Below, one piece after another: positions 1-8,726 of a DNA stretch of 58,512 bases. Positions within the stretch are counted from its first letter, which is position 1. Each line of letters starts with the position of its first letter. Under the pieces are notes generated by a model. The model was not told the origin of the DNA, ran no database searches, and saw only the letters and a list, made by a program, of their open reading frames with translations. Position numbers and translations under genes: made by a program. Source of the stretch: a virus (Duplodnaviria > Caudoviricetes); the IMG/VR virus record IMGVR_UViG_3300044646_001108, positions 1 to 58,512 of that record, one strand, 5' to 3'.

Positions 1-55
1 CTTTGATTCATCGGGTCCAAGCTTCATCATCTGCACCCGCCACTTCCATGTCGGC
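1..55. repeat. Terminal direct repeat, left copy (circular overlap)
   Basis: 1-55 matches 58458-58512 with 3 substitutions (repeat positions 35, 43, 52). Confidence 0.95.
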
Positions 56-462
56 ATGAATAGACCCGTTCCGTTGCAGTGCCAACAGCTGTCCGACGCC
101 TTGCGCTTTGGCACGTTGAACTTGTTTGGCGGCGCGTAGCTGTTGAGCTTTGTCCCAGTCCCGTTGCATGCCTTGCAAATTCGGATCATCCATTCAAGCA
201 ACGCCTGCTGCGCGATGATGGCTGCTCGATCCTGACCAATGCCGATCCTCTTCCTTCGACCGGAGCGGATCAATGTGTTCGACAGCAGTTCGATGCTGTT
301 CTGTAGTTCGCTGTTGTGACCTGCAGAGCGAAGGGCTTGCAGCGTAGAGCCAAGCCGTGAGGCGAACGCAAGCGCGGCAACGATCTCGATGTCGTGATGT
401 AGCTCGTCAGCCTTGAGGTTGCCGCTGTTGAGCGCTGAACCTATGCGCTCATGCGTCGCCAT
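1..462 (-). CDS. Q-like antitermination / zinc-finger protein, 5' part (continues across the junction to 58353)
   Basis: Not in the ORF track. ATG at 462 reads MATHERIGSALNSG...ICKACNGTG...SCWHCNGTG...; it runs off position 1 and continues in frame at the other end. It has two CxxCxGxG motifs and lies at the end of the nin-like region. Confidence 0.65.
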   Translation of the reverse strand, partial: MATHERIGSALNSGNLKADELHHDIEIVAALAFASRLGSTLQALRSAGHNSELQNSIELLSNTLIRSGRRKRIGIGQDRAAIIAQQALLEWMIRICKACNGTGTKLNSYAPPNKFNVPKRKASDSCWHCNGTGLFMPTWKWRVQMMKLGPDESK

Positions 463-790
463 CCGCACCCCCTACGATGCGGTCACGCATCATGTGGACG
501 AACTGGTCGAGCCTCAACATCACAAGCGGTCGCGTGTCCCCATCAACTCTCATCACCACCACTGGTATCTCGGTTGCCACGGACCCAGCTTCGCACTGCC
601 GCATGAAATTGATCACTGACAGCTGTTTGCGTCGCTTCACTTCGATCCGGAACGGCGGCACGTTGATGTCCTCTCCGCTGTCCCTTGCTTGTCCCAGTTT
701 TCTTTTTACCGCCACCCCTAACTGGTCGCTGAGGTAGGTTGCGATCTCCCTTTCCGTCGAGGCTCCTCGATCTCGCTGTAGTTTGCCCAT
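449..790 (-). CDS. Holliday junction resolvase-like PD-(D/E)XK endonuclease
   Basis: MGKLQRDRGASTERE...ARDSGEDI...RIEVKRR is an Hjc-type E...D...EVK pattern. Start refined to ATG 790. Confidence 0.65.
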   Translation of the reverse strand: MGKLQRDRGASTEREIATYLSDQLGVAVKRKLGQARDSGEDINVPPFRIEVKRRKQLSVINFMRQCEAGSVATEIPVVVMRVDGDTRPLVMLRLDQFVHMMRDRIVGGADGDA

Positions 791-935
791 CACTCTTCCT
801 TTTCTTCTGATAACAGCTGTTGCACACCCGTGTTCGCCTGCCAACAGACAAGACGTAGGTGAGCTTTGATCCTTGGGTGGGCGACGGCTTCCCACACATC
901 GCGCACGTAAACCTCTGCAGATACGGTGAGTTCAT
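543..935 (-). CDS. Small zinc-ribbon protein (C-terminal extent uncertain)
   Basis: CAMC...CNSC in the first 45 aa. ATG overlaps the upstream stop (ATGA). Confidence 0.4.
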   Translation of the reverse strand: MNSPYLQRFTCAMCGKPSPTQGSKLTYVLSVGRRTRVCNSCYQKKRKSDGQTTARSRSLDGKGDRNLPQRPVRGGGKKKTGTSKGQRRGHQRAAVPDRSEATQTAVSDQFHAAVRSWVRGNRDTSGGDES

Positions 936-1231
936 CGAACACTGAGCCTCCCGTCTTCAATGAGCCACGCGATGGTGTCTCGGTGGGCTTCTTCCCAGGC
1001 GCGGCGCTTCTCTTCCAGGCTCCAGTTCTTGCCCTGGTCGATTTCCATGTGGCACTTGTTGCAGACCGCAGCGACTCGGTAGTCGTGAGCCTTGATGCCC
1101 TTGCCCTTGCCGTCTCTTAGCTGATTGCTGTGGGCGGGGACGATGTTGGTCCCGTCGCCGTGGCACCTGCAGACAAAGCAGAACGGCGCGTCGTGCAAGT
1201 GATCAAGAAGCTTGCGGCTGCGCCAGTTCAT
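932..1231 (-). CDS. NinG/DUF968-like HNH-type zinc nuclease
   Basis: MNWRSRKLL...CFVC...AHSNQLRDGKGKGIKAHD...CNKCH. Start refined to 1231. Confidence 0.65.
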   Translation of the reverse strand: MNWRSRKLLDHLHDAPFCFVCRCHGDGTNIVPAHSNQLRDGKGKGIKAHDYRVAAVCNKCHMEIDQGKNWSLEEKRRAWEEAHRDTIAWLIEDGRLSVR

Positions 1232-1683
1232 AGGCTTGGGGAGACCGCAGCGCGGTGAGCGTTGAACGGAGCGAGGATCAAGCGTCTGAACCCATCTGCA
1301 GCAGCGGGGTCTTTGTCCAGTAGCGATCGACTGCTGATGCCAAGCATCGAGCAGATGTAGTTGCGAGCAGATGGCTCGTCGCAGATTGAGTCGAAGCTCC
1401 TGGCGCTTGCCCAGTTGTAGAACTCCGGGTCTCGGCAAAGCAGGAACGCCTGCTGCGACAGCGTCTTCGGATGTTCAACAGCCTGCTCGTCGTCGCCAAT
1501 CTGAACAAGCACCGCCATGAACCTCTGCCCCGCTCGCTTACCCTGGCGGATGGTGAAGTCTCTGAACGGGTGTGCTTCGCCCTCGTCGTCAAGCAAGAAG
1601 GTCACTGTCCTGCCGCGAGTGGATGACTCCGCCCACTGCAGCAGCATGACCTCGCCTTGGAATGCAATCTTTTCTGCGTCCAC
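1228..1683 (-). CDS. Hypothetical phage protein
   Basis: GTG start with GAGGA RBS, coupled to neighbouring genes. Confidence 0.6.
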   Translation of the reverse strand: MDAEKIAFQGEVMLLQWAESSTRGRTVTFLLDDEGEAHPFRDFTIRQGKRAGQRFMAVLVQIGDDEQAVEHPKTLSQQAFLLCRDPEFYNWASARSFDSICDEPSARNYICSMLGISSRSLLDKDPAAADGFRRLILAPFNAHRAAVSPSL

Positions 1684-1686
1684 TCC

Positions 1687-1992
1687 TCACTCCTTGTAGC
1701 GCATCAGTTGCCGGTACTTCTCGGCTTTGGTTGTTGGGCGCTTCGACTTAACAGCTGTTCGCTGTTGTTGCTTAGCGTTCGGTATTGTTTCTGGGCAATC
1801 TTTTGCGGGCACGGGCACACCAGGAGGGCTCGGCTCGCCCCATTCGTTCCCGTCGACGTTCAAGTACGTGATCTTGCTTCCTGGGAACTGGTCCATCAGC
1901 GAGCGGATGTCCTTGAACAGCTGGTCAACATGCGGCTTTTCTTTGCGGACCGCAGCGAAATAATCTTTGTCAGCCTGTGTGAACTTCATCAT
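1687..1992 (-). CDS. Hypothetical phage protein
   Basis: MMKFTQADKDYF...; GAGGAG RBS before 1992. Confidence 0.55.
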   Translation of the reverse strand: MMKFTQADKDYFAAVRKEKPHVDQLFKDIRSLMDQFPGSKITYLNVDGNEWGEPSPPGVPVPAKDCPETIPNAKQQQRTAVKSKRPTTKAEKYRQLMRYKE

Positions 1993-2000
1993 TCGACTCC

Positions 2001-2252
2001 TCACCCTTCCAATCCAACTACGTGGCATGAGTGGTGAAGCGCTGTCTCTCTCGACTCGCCGCGCTTCAAGACTACGTGTCTGGTGCCGCTCGGCGTGACG
2101 TGTTCGCGCCTGATGAACTCGTACACCTCGCCTGTCCGCAGCAGCGTGAACAGCTGTCCTGGTTGCATGTTCCTGACCTTCTTGCGAGCAGGGCACCTGC
2201 GCCCCTGGTAGCAGTTGCCGTGGCATGGAGGACAGGTCTGCTCGACGCTCAC
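2001..2252 (-). CDS. Hypothetical protein (Cys-rich N-terminus)
   Basis: Start overlaps the helicase stop; CPPCHGNCYQGRRCP. Confidence 0.45.
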   Translation of the reverse strand: MSVEQTCPPCHGNCYQGRRCPARKKVRNMQPGQLFTLLRTGEVYEFIRREHVTPSGTRHVVLKRGESRETALHHSCHVVGLEG

Positions 2253-3280
2253 GACAGCTGTTCCTCGACCAGGATTCCTGTTTCCTTCGCGACCAGACCT
2301 GGCGGAACGTATCTCGGGACCTCGAATCCGTGCGGTCTGCCCTGAACCTGACGCTCATGGAAGCTGTTGCCTTCGCTGTGATACCAAAGCCGGACAGTTG
2401 CCTCCTCGCCGCCGTCTCTGTTCTTGACGACGATGACCTGGGCATCACTCCATGCCTTCGCGTCATCGAGCAAAGGCTTGCCGTCCTTCATGCGCCGCTC
2501 GTTCTCAGCCTTCGCGCCCTCCTCCTTGACCACGCGCTCCTTCATCTTGTTGCGGTAGACCAGGACGACGTTGTCAACGCGGTCAGTGATGGCGCCAGTG
2601 CCCTTGATGTCGTACTTGCCTGGAATCTTTTCCTCAGACTCAAGCTTGCGAATGTGGTGGACAACGTGAATGTGAATCTCATGCGCCCTCGCCATCTCGC
2701 AGAGCTTGAAGACAAAATCCTTCTGGCTGTTGTAGTCGTCTTCGCCCGAGACGCAGCACATGAGGTTGTCGATGAAGAAGTGGTGGCACTTGTTCTCAAG
2801 CGCGGCGTACTTGACGATGCCCTGCACGTCAGACATCGAGGCGGTGCCCCTGACGTCCGCATACCAGAGCTTGTCTGTTGCCCAGTGGATGAAGTCCTTC
2901 GCGTACTGGGGTGAGGGCAAGCCCCCAGCAGCCTGAAGAATCATGCGGCTGTTCAGTGCTTCGGGCAGCATCTCGAAAGACGCAACGCCGCAGCGGTATC
3001 CCTGCTGCATGAAGCCAAGCTCAACCTGACTGATGATCAGTGACTTGCCGTGCCCATTCGCACCAGCCCAGAGGGTGACCTCTCCAGGCTTGAACTGCAG
3101 ATTCAGGTTTCCCCAGGGCAGCTTGGCAAAGACGCTTGAGTTGTCTCCATACATCCGCTGCAGCGTCTCTTCCACGAAGTCGGATGGCTTGCGCATCGTG
3201 TGCGCCTTGCTCTCCTGCTGCTTGAGGTAGGCACCGAAATCGAATGAGTCCGGGACCGTCTTAAACATACGCACTCTCAC
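2249..3280 (-). CDS. DnaB/T7 gp4-like replicative helicase
   Basis: Walker A GANGHGKS, SFEM, FFIDNL, HHIRK, IKGTGAITD, VKNRDG (SF4 motifs). Confidence 0.9.
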   Translation of the reverse strand: MRVRMFKTVPDSFDFGAYLKQQESKAHTMRKPSDFVEETLQRMYGDNSSVFAKLPWGNLNLQFKPGEVTLWAGANGHGKSLIISQVELGFMQQGYRCGVASFEMLPEALNSRMILQAAGGLPSPQYAKDFIHWATDKLWYADVRGTASMSDVQGIVKYAALENKCHHFFIDNLMCCVSGEDDYNSQKDFVFKLCEMARAHEIHIHVVHHIRKLESEEKIPGKYDIKGTGAITDRVDNVVLVYRNKMKERVVKEEGAKAENERRMKDGKPLLDDAKAWSDAQVIVVKNRDGGEEATVRLWYHSEGNSFHERQVQGRPHGFEVPRYVPPGLVAKETGILVEEQLS

Positions 3281-3707
3281 TCATCGATTCATGTATCCAC
3301 AAAGCCCACTCTTCATTCATCGACCGGAACCAGGGGAAGAATTCCAGGGTCCACACCCACTGATCGCGGGGTCGCTCGATGCTCTCCGGCGTCGGTAGGT
3401 AGCTCACGTCGTAGCCCTTTACCTCGTCGTAAAACCAAGCCTGCACTGGGTTGGCTTCCCCGCACAGCTGTTCGAACAGACCCATCTTCGCCTGTTCAGC
3501 GTTGCAGACAACGACGGTGGGCAGGCTCTTCAAAAACCGCCAGTCGTAATCCTTGCCTGGGATCGCCCTCACAAATGCGTATGGCTCCGTGTTCATGCGC
3601 ATGCGAGCGGGCAGCAAAGAGACGAAGACCATCTCCGGCGCCAGCTTGCGCATGCGCGACATGAGAATGGTCTCGCCACCGAATGGGAGCTTGGTCGGGT
3701 CGATCAT
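3261..3707 (-). CDS. Hypothetical protein in the replication module
   Basis: Overlap-coupled ORF between the replication protein and the helicase. Confidence 0.6.
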   Translation of the reverse strand: MIDPTKLPFGGETILMSRMRKLAPEMVFVSLLPARMRMNTEPYAFVRAIPGKDYDWRFLKSLPTVVVCNAEQAKMGLFEQLCGEANPVQAWFYDEVKGYDVSYLPTPESIERPRDQWVWTLEFFPWFRSMNEEWALWIHESMSESAYV

Positions 3708-4201
3708 TTGAAGCTGCTGAAGTCTTCGGTCTCAACCTCATCCAAGTACCGCTTCTGGCTGAGATACGTACCGGCGTGGGGAACGAACCGACCGCCCTGG
3801 TCAGTCCACTGAGGTGTTTGTTTGATCGCGGCGAGATGAGCGAGGATGACCTCGCGCTTGGAGCCAAGGTTGTGCCTCTTCCACACCTCCAAGGCGCGAG
3901 CTTTCGCGTCTTTTCTGGGGTACTGAGACCAGAACTCGTCGAAGCCAACCGCCGCATCTGGCGACTCCTCGACCGGCTCTCTCACCCTTATCAAGAATTT
4001 GCCGACCTGCTTGGCTTGGTCGGCTGTAATGCAGATCGTGACAACGTCATCAGCTGTCGATCCAACCTGCTGCTGGATGGTGAATACACCACCTTCCTCA
4101 ACTACGCTTACTGGGAAATGTTCCAGGGTTTCCATAGACGCCTCCTTCATGGTGTCCTCAAAAGGGAAAGTAATCCTACATTTGGAATTGCTTTTTGACA
4201 A
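3704..4201 (-). CDS. Phage replication initiator-like protein
   Basis: C-terminal FDEFWSQYPRKDAK...FVPHAGTYLSQKRY motif typical of phage replication organisers; upstream of the helicase. Confidence 0.65.
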   Translation of the reverse strand: MSKSNSKCRITFPFEDTMKEASMETLEHFPVSVVEEGGVFTIQQQVGSTADDVVTICITADQAKQVGKFLIRVREPVEESPDAAVGFDEFWSQYPRKDAKARALEVWKRHNLGSKREVILAHLAAIKQTPQWTDQGGRFVPHAGTYLSQKRYLDEVETEDFSSFK

Positions 4202-4497
4202 TCCCCTTTGATAAGTTTTTACACCTAAAGGGTAGGCATAGTCCTACAGCACCCGGCGTGTTGTCCTACAGACATTGCTTCCTGGCTCCTGTATCCCCGT
4301 TGGTGGGCGGACTCAGCCTTAGACCGAGCCCTTTACATGCCATCCCCGCCGGAGCCGCATGACTCGCCAGCCTCTTCGCGGATGGGTGCTGGCTTCGCCG
4401 CCCATGTGTCCCCTGTTCCACCGCTGACAACCAGTAGGGGTATCGCCGCCCAGCCCTGTCGTCTCAATCACCAACCGGGCAGCATGTAGACAATCGC

Positions 4498-4809
4498 TCA
4501 GTTGTTGAGCTTGTGCTTGACGAAGTCCCAGTCGATGGTGTCGTTGCTGTAGAGCAGGCTGCGGAAGTCAATCGCGCCGTTGGTGAACTTGTCGATGGCA
4601 ATCGCAATCGGCAGCGACACGGTGTTTGCCCTGTAGATCAGCGCGGTGATGTAGGTTCCACTGACGCCAGCCATGTGACCGAGACGATCTCGATCAAGCT
4701 GCGACAGCGAGCGGATCAACGCCTTGTGTGCGCCCTCTGGCTGCTGCGGCTGCGCAGCCTCCTCGAAGTGGGTCACCTGCGGCACGTCTTCGATGACGGT
4801 TGTGTTCAT
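4498..4809 (-). CDS. Cro-like HTH regulator
   Basis: Divergent from cI; HTH-like LGHMAGVSGTYITALIY; AAGGAG RBS before ATG 4809. Confidence 0.65.
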   Translation of the reverse strand: MNTTVIEDVPQVTHFEEAAQPQQPEGAHKALIRSLSQLDRDRLGHMAGVSGTYITALIYRANTVSLPIAIAIDKFTNGAIDFRSLLYSNDTIDWDFVKHKLNN

Positions 4810-4829
4810 GGGTACGGTTCTCCTTGAAG

Positions 4830-4845
4830 AATACCTTTCGGTATT
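4830..4845. promoter_or_regulatory. Repressor operator AATACC-N4-GGTATT (copy 1)
   Basis: AATACCTTTCGGTATT just downstream of the leftward promoter. A degenerate copy lies at 4879-4894. Confidence 0.75.
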
Positions 4846-4852
4846 GCTCGCC

Positions 4853-4880
4853 ATCTTAGCATGTGTCACACATGAGTCAA
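4853..4880 (-). promoter_or_regulatory. Leftward sigma70 promoter (cro/replication operon)
   Basis: TTGACT-16-TAAGAT on the minus strand. The spacer contains the inverted repeat CATGTGT-C-ACACATG. Confidence 0.6.
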
Positions 4881-4972
4881 TCCTTTTCGGTATCAAGTCT
4901 TGCCTTCCTGGTTGGTCGGTCTTACACTAGCGGAATCCCTTAGTGGTGTACTAGAGGGTAAAAGGAAGCAAC

Positions 4973-5629
4973 ATGGATGTGTTTGAGACCCGCCGCTTGA
5001 ACGTGGTGGCGTACATAGAGGAGAAGTTCGGGGGGAACAGGGCGGCTTTCTGCAGGGCAACCGGCAAGAACCCCAACCTGATCAACCTTGTGCTGACTGA
5101 CAACCCAGACTACAGAAGGAACATCGGGGAGAAGTTGGCGCGGGACATCGAAGTCAAGGCTTCGCTTCCTTCTGGCTGGCTAGACGCCCCTCGCGGAGTC
5201 GGCGAGCGCAAGACGGCAACGATCCCCATCACGTACTTGCCGTGGGCAATCCCAGACACGCCGCCACTCAAGCCGGACTCCTGCCTGACCGTACCAACAG
5301 ACGACCCCGCCCTGCGAATCCGAGTCTCCGGCACAGCAAACCTGATCATCGTCGTTCAGCAAGAGTCGAGCATGGCTCCGACGATCAAGGTCAACGACTT
5401 CATCTGGGTTGACCTGGGGGTCAAAGCCTTCAACAGCGACGGCGTTTACGTCGTCAGAAATTCAGACGGAACAACCGCCCTCAAGCGGATACAACAGCTG
5501 TCGCCAACCCAGTTCCAGCTGTCCGTTGACGACAAGACCTATGAGCCCCGCGCCGTCAACTCCAAGGCGATGACCAAGCTGCCTATCGTTGGGCGGGTCC
5601 TCTGCGTCTGGGGCTGCAGCATGCTCTGA
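4973..5629 (+). CDS. cI: CI-like repressor (HTH plus S24 peptidase)
   Basis: N-terminal HTH (RNIGEKLARDIE...GWLD); C-terminal SMAPTI...KRI LexA-type self-cleavage domain. Confidence 0.88.
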   Translation: MDVFETRRLNVVAYIEEKFGGNRAAFCRATGKNPNLINLVLTDNPDYRRNIGEKLARDIEVKASLPSGWLDAPRGVGERKTATIPITYLPWAIPDTPPLKPDSCLTVPTDDPALRIRVSGTANLIIVVQQESSMAPTIKVNDFIWVDLGVKAFNSDGVYVVRNSDGTTALKRIQQLSPTQFQLSVDDKTYEPRAVNSKAMTKLPIVGRVLCVWGCSML

Positions 5630-5635
5630 AAAAAC

Positions 5636-5656
5636 GGGTCGCGCTCGGCGACCCGG
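5636..5656. terminator. Hairpin after cI
   Basis: CGGGTCGC-GCTCG-GCGACCCG flanked by an A-run. Confidence 0.5.
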
Positions 5657-5731
5657 AAGCCGCTTTCACGGCATGGCAACTACCGCCATGTTGCTGCTTT
5701 GAGTGGCAAACAAAAAGCGTTGCTTCCTGAC

Positions 5732-5747
5732 AATACCGGAAGGTATT
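5732..5747. promoter_or_regulatory. Repressor operator (copy 2)
   Basis: AATACCGGAAGGTATT overlapping the -35 box. Confidence 0.78.
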
Positions 5748-5774
5748 GACAAACGACTTTCCTGTAGCTAAAGT
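5746..5774 (+). promoter_or_regulatory. Rightward early sigma70 promoter
   Basis: TTGACA-17-TAAAGT. Confidence 0.75.
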
Positions 5775-5782
5775 CTCTGGTC

Positions 5783-6511
5783 ATGGACGAATCCATCTAC
5801 CTTGAAGACGACGGGGGTCAAGGCTGGCACCACCAAGAACAGCTGCTGGAGCAGCAGTTGTTCGAGGAGAAACAATCCCGTTTGACATTGTTCAACTGCA
5901 AAAGGAAATCCGAAATGAGCTTGATCGCAAAAGACACTGGTACAGACCGCACCTTCGAACTCGCCCCCGCTGGGGCTTTTGCCGCCCGGTGTTTCCGGGT
6001 GATTGACCTGGGCACCCAGACCTTCTCGGTCATGGGCGAGACCAAGATGGCTCACCAATGCCTCATCAGCTGGGAGCTTGGCAAGACGATGGCTGACGGA
6101 CGCCCGTACACCATCAACGAGAAGTACACCGTATCCCTGCATGAGAAGGCGAAGCTGCGCACGGTCCTCGAATCCTGGCGCGGCAAGAAGTTTACCGAGG
6201 CTGAGCGCAAGGGCTTCGACCTGAAGAACATCCTCGGCAAGGTCTGCTTCATCAACATCGTCCACGCGCAAAAAGGCGAGAAGGAGTTTGCGAACGTGGC
6301 TTCTGTGATGCCGGTGCCAGACGGGATGACCTCTCCTCCCGCATCCAACGAGCAGCTGTACTTCTCGATCAACGACTGGGACGAGTCAGCCTTCCAGAAG
6401 GTGCCCAAGTTCTACCAGGAAATGATCAAGAAGAGCCCCGAGTTCCAGCAGGTCGACGCTGTTGGCACCCCCGGTCCGTCGTCAGACCAAGACGACGACA
6501 TCCCGTTCTGA
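5783..6511 (+). CDS. Phage ssDNA-binding/replication protein (NGO0469-like); main start probably 5915
   Basis: PAGAFAARCFRVIDLGTQ motif and SSB-type DDDIPF tail; AAAGGA RBS before ATG 5915. Confidence 0.75.
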   Translation: MDESIYLEDDGGQGWHHQEQLLEQQLFEEKQSRLTLFNCKRKSEMSLIAKDTGTDRTFELAPAGAFAARCFRVIDLGTQTFSVMGETKMAHQCLISWELGKTMADGRPYTINEKYTVSLHEKAKLRTVLESWRGKKFTEAERKGFDLKNILGKVCFINIVHAQKGEKEFANVASVMPVPDGMTSPPASNEQLYFSINDWDESAFQKVPKFYQEMIKKSPEFQQVDAVGTPGPSSDQDDDIPF

Positions 6512-6533
6512 AGACCGTTCTGAGGAGGACACT

Positions 6534-6965
6534 ATGACAACACGACTCAAGGTGCTGGAGATGGTCCAGCAAAACCACACGCCGATCACCAGCAAGCAAA
6601 TTGCCAAGGAGCTTGGCGTCCGAATTGAGACCGTCGCCTCTGCGCTGACCGATCTCTGGAAGACCAAGCAGGTGAAGCGTCGCTCCCATGACCGCATGTA
6701 CGAGCGGGGCGGGCGTTTCTACGAGTACGTCCACTCCGATAGCACCCTCCCAGGGTTTGAGTCCCTGGTCCTGCCCCTTGCAAAAAAGACCAGCAAGCGC
6801 AAGAAGCGGGCGGAGGGTGAGCGCCTTGCCGAGTTGCCACAAGCAACGACGCTGTCGCCCACCATCTCCTTCCCCGTTTCTGGCAAGACTGTGTCGTTCA
6901 CCATCCGGGAGGCGCGGCAGCTGCATGAACAGCTGTCGTCGTTGTTTGGGCATGTGGCGCATTAG
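6534..6965 (+). CDS. Winged-HTH DNA-binding protein
   Basis: ITSKQIAKELGVRIETVASALTDL; GAGGAGG RBS. Confidence 0.65.
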   Translation: MTTRLKVLEMVQQNHTPITSKQIAKELGVRIETVASALTDLWKTKQVKRRSHDRMYERGGRFYEYVHSDSTLPGFESLVLPLAKKTSKRKKRAEGERLAELPQATTLSPTISFPVSGKTVSFTIREARQLHEQLSSLFGHVAH

Positions 6966-7488
6966 GCTGCACGACCTGGACCTTGAGATGGCTTATGTCA
7001 TAACGACGCGGCGCCAGCAACACAAGAGGGAGCTTGCGGTTAAGACTCAAAAGTACGACCGCAAGCGTACCGACTGGGAGATTGCTTTTTACGGATTCAT
7101 GGGTGAGGTCGCCGTCGCCAGGGCGCTTTGCATACCAGTCGACACAACGGTCCTGGCGGGCGGCGATGGCGGCGTTGATCTAGTGATCAATGGCGAGACC
7201 CTCCAAGTGAAGACGCACTTGAGTAATGCGACCAAAAACTTCCTGTACTTTGATAACGAAGACAAGCTTAGCTGCGACTTCGGCATTCTTTGTAACGTCG
7301 ACCGCGACGACACAACTGTCTTGATCCGTGGGGCGCTCAGCCGAGAAGACTTCATCCACAAAGCTGGCATCCGCAACTTCGGCTACGGAGAACGTCTTGC
7401 CGTCCACGCCAGTGAACTGTTTTCGATGGATGGCTTGATCAGGTCCATCCAATCCCACAACGAACTGACCATAGGTGAGCCATGCTGA
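6952..7488 (+). CDS. Putative PD-(D/E)XK nuclease-like protein
   Basis: GEVAVA...DGGVDL...QVKT pattern. Confidence 0.5.
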   Translation: MWRIRLHDLDLEMAYVITTRRQQHKRELAVKTQKYDRKRTDWEIAFYGFMGEVAVARALCIPVDTTVLAGGDGGVDLVINGETLQVKTHLSNATKNFLYFDNEDKLSCDFGILCNVDRDDTTVLIRGALSREDFIHKAGIRNFGYGERLAVHASELFSMDGLIRSIQSHNELTIGEPC

Positions 7489-8318
7489 CCAACAAATTGA
7501 ACCTTCCCAAGGCGGTTGTACTCGCCGTGCAAAACGACCCCTACACGCGGGGCAAGTCCGACATCAGCGTCACCCAGCTGATCTCCCCCCCATACCAGCG
7601 ACAGCTGCGAACAGCTGTTGAGCCACAAGAGGATGTTGCCGAGAGACTGTTCTCGCTGTACGGACAGATCGGTCACGGCATCCTTGAGCGCGCCGGTCTG
7701 AAGCTTGGATCAGATGTTGAGAACCGGCTCTTCGCCGAGATCAACGGTTGGACCGTATCAGGTCAATACGACCTCTTCGAGGACGGCGTCCTGATGGACT
7801 ACAAGTTCACCACATTCTGGTCGGTCAAGGGAGATGAGCCCAAGACAGAGTGGGTGCAGCAACTGAACCTGCTTCGCGTTCTTGCAATCCGCAATGGTAT
7901 GGATGTGAAAGCATTGAGGATCATTGCCCTGCTGCGCGACCACCAGATGACGCAAGCCAAGCGCGACCCCGAGTACCCGCAGCTTCCCATCGCAACGGTG
8001 GACATCCCGGTGTGGGACGTGTTCGACGCCGAGGAGTTCATGCTCGCCAGGGTCAAGGCTCACCAAGACGCAAACCCTCCGCCATGCACGGACGAGGAGC
8101 GCTGGATGCAGCCGTCTGTCTTTGCCCTAAAGAAGAACGGACGCAAGACAGCCATCAAGTTGTACGAGTCACGCGAAGAGGCTGAGTCAGCTGCATCGGC
8201 TGGCGGCAAGGACCACTTCGTCGAACACCGCCCTGGCGAGTTCAGGCGCTGCACCAGCTACTGCAACGTCGCGCATGGGTGCCCAGTTTTCCAGCAGTCA
8301 CAACAAACGGAGTTCTGA
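7482..8318 (+). CDS. Cas4/RecB-like PD-(D/E)XK recombination exonuclease
   Basis: ISVTQLI, SGQYD...DYK, QLN, C-terminal RCTSYCNVAHGC cysteines. Confidence 0.8.
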   Translation: MLTNKLNLPKAVVLAVQNDPYTRGKSDISVTQLISPPYQRQLRTAVEPQEDVAERLFSLYGQIGHGILERAGLKLGSDVENRLFAEINGWTVSGQYDLFEDGVLMDYKFTTFWSVKGDEPKTEWVQQLNLLRVLAIRNGMDVKALRIIALLRDHQMTQAKRDPEYPQLPIATVDIPVWDVFDAEEFMLARVKAHQDANPPPCTDEERWMQPSVFALKKNGRKTAIKLYESREEAESAASAGGKDHFVEHRPGEFRRCTSYCNVAHGCPVFQQSQQTEF

Positions 8319-8319
8319 G

Positions 8320-8487
8320 ATGGACAAGGTAACCGAACAGCTGTTCACAGACATACGGCAGACCATTGAGCAACTCAAGCATGTGCCAAGTGGGGTCAGC
8401 CTCAAGACCTTGATGCACATCGAGGTGCTTGAGAAGCAAATCCAAACCCTTCGCGGTCGCATCTTGATGATGGAGGTGGAGCGATGA
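8320..8487 (+). CDS. Hypothetical protein
   Basis: Coupled short ORF MDKVTEQLF... Confidence 0.5.
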   Translation: MDKVTEQLFTDIRQTIEQLKHVPSGVSLKTLMHIEVLEKQIQTLRGRILMMEVER

Positions 8488-8726
8488 GCAGAGCCGTTGC
8501 TTGGTACAGCCCAGCCACCGGGCTGCTGATGACCGAAGGTGAGTACATCCTGCGACAGGCAAACTCAGCGCAGTTTCCTGCGGACTTGACCCCGCTGGTG
8601 TGGGAGCGCGAGGTCGAGGAGTACCAACGGCTGTTTGCCGAGTGTCAGCAACAGCTGGAAAACACGATCTGTGCCCTGGAGTCAGCCAAGGCGGAGCTTC
8701 AAAAGATCATGGCGGAGGTCCTATGA
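8484..8726 (+). CDS. Hypothetical coiled-coil protein
   Basis: ATGA overlap, GGAG RBS. Confidence 0.5.
   Translation: MSRAVAWYSPATGLLMTEGEYILRQANSAQFPADLTPLVWEREVEEYQRLFAECQQQLENTICALESAKAELQKIMAEVL

Noticed and set aside
8-193. 61-aa minus-strand ORF in the track
   Set aside because: It is an alternative frame of the longer Q-like gene (462 to junction), which has clear Zn motifs.
1687-2466. 259-aa ORF as a single gene
   Set aside because: The 5' part overlaps the helicase and 2001-2252; the RBS supports a start at 1992.
7482-8318. Cas4-like gene as evidence of CRISPR-Cas
   Set aside because: No repeat-spacer array or other cas genes are present; the context is phage recombination.
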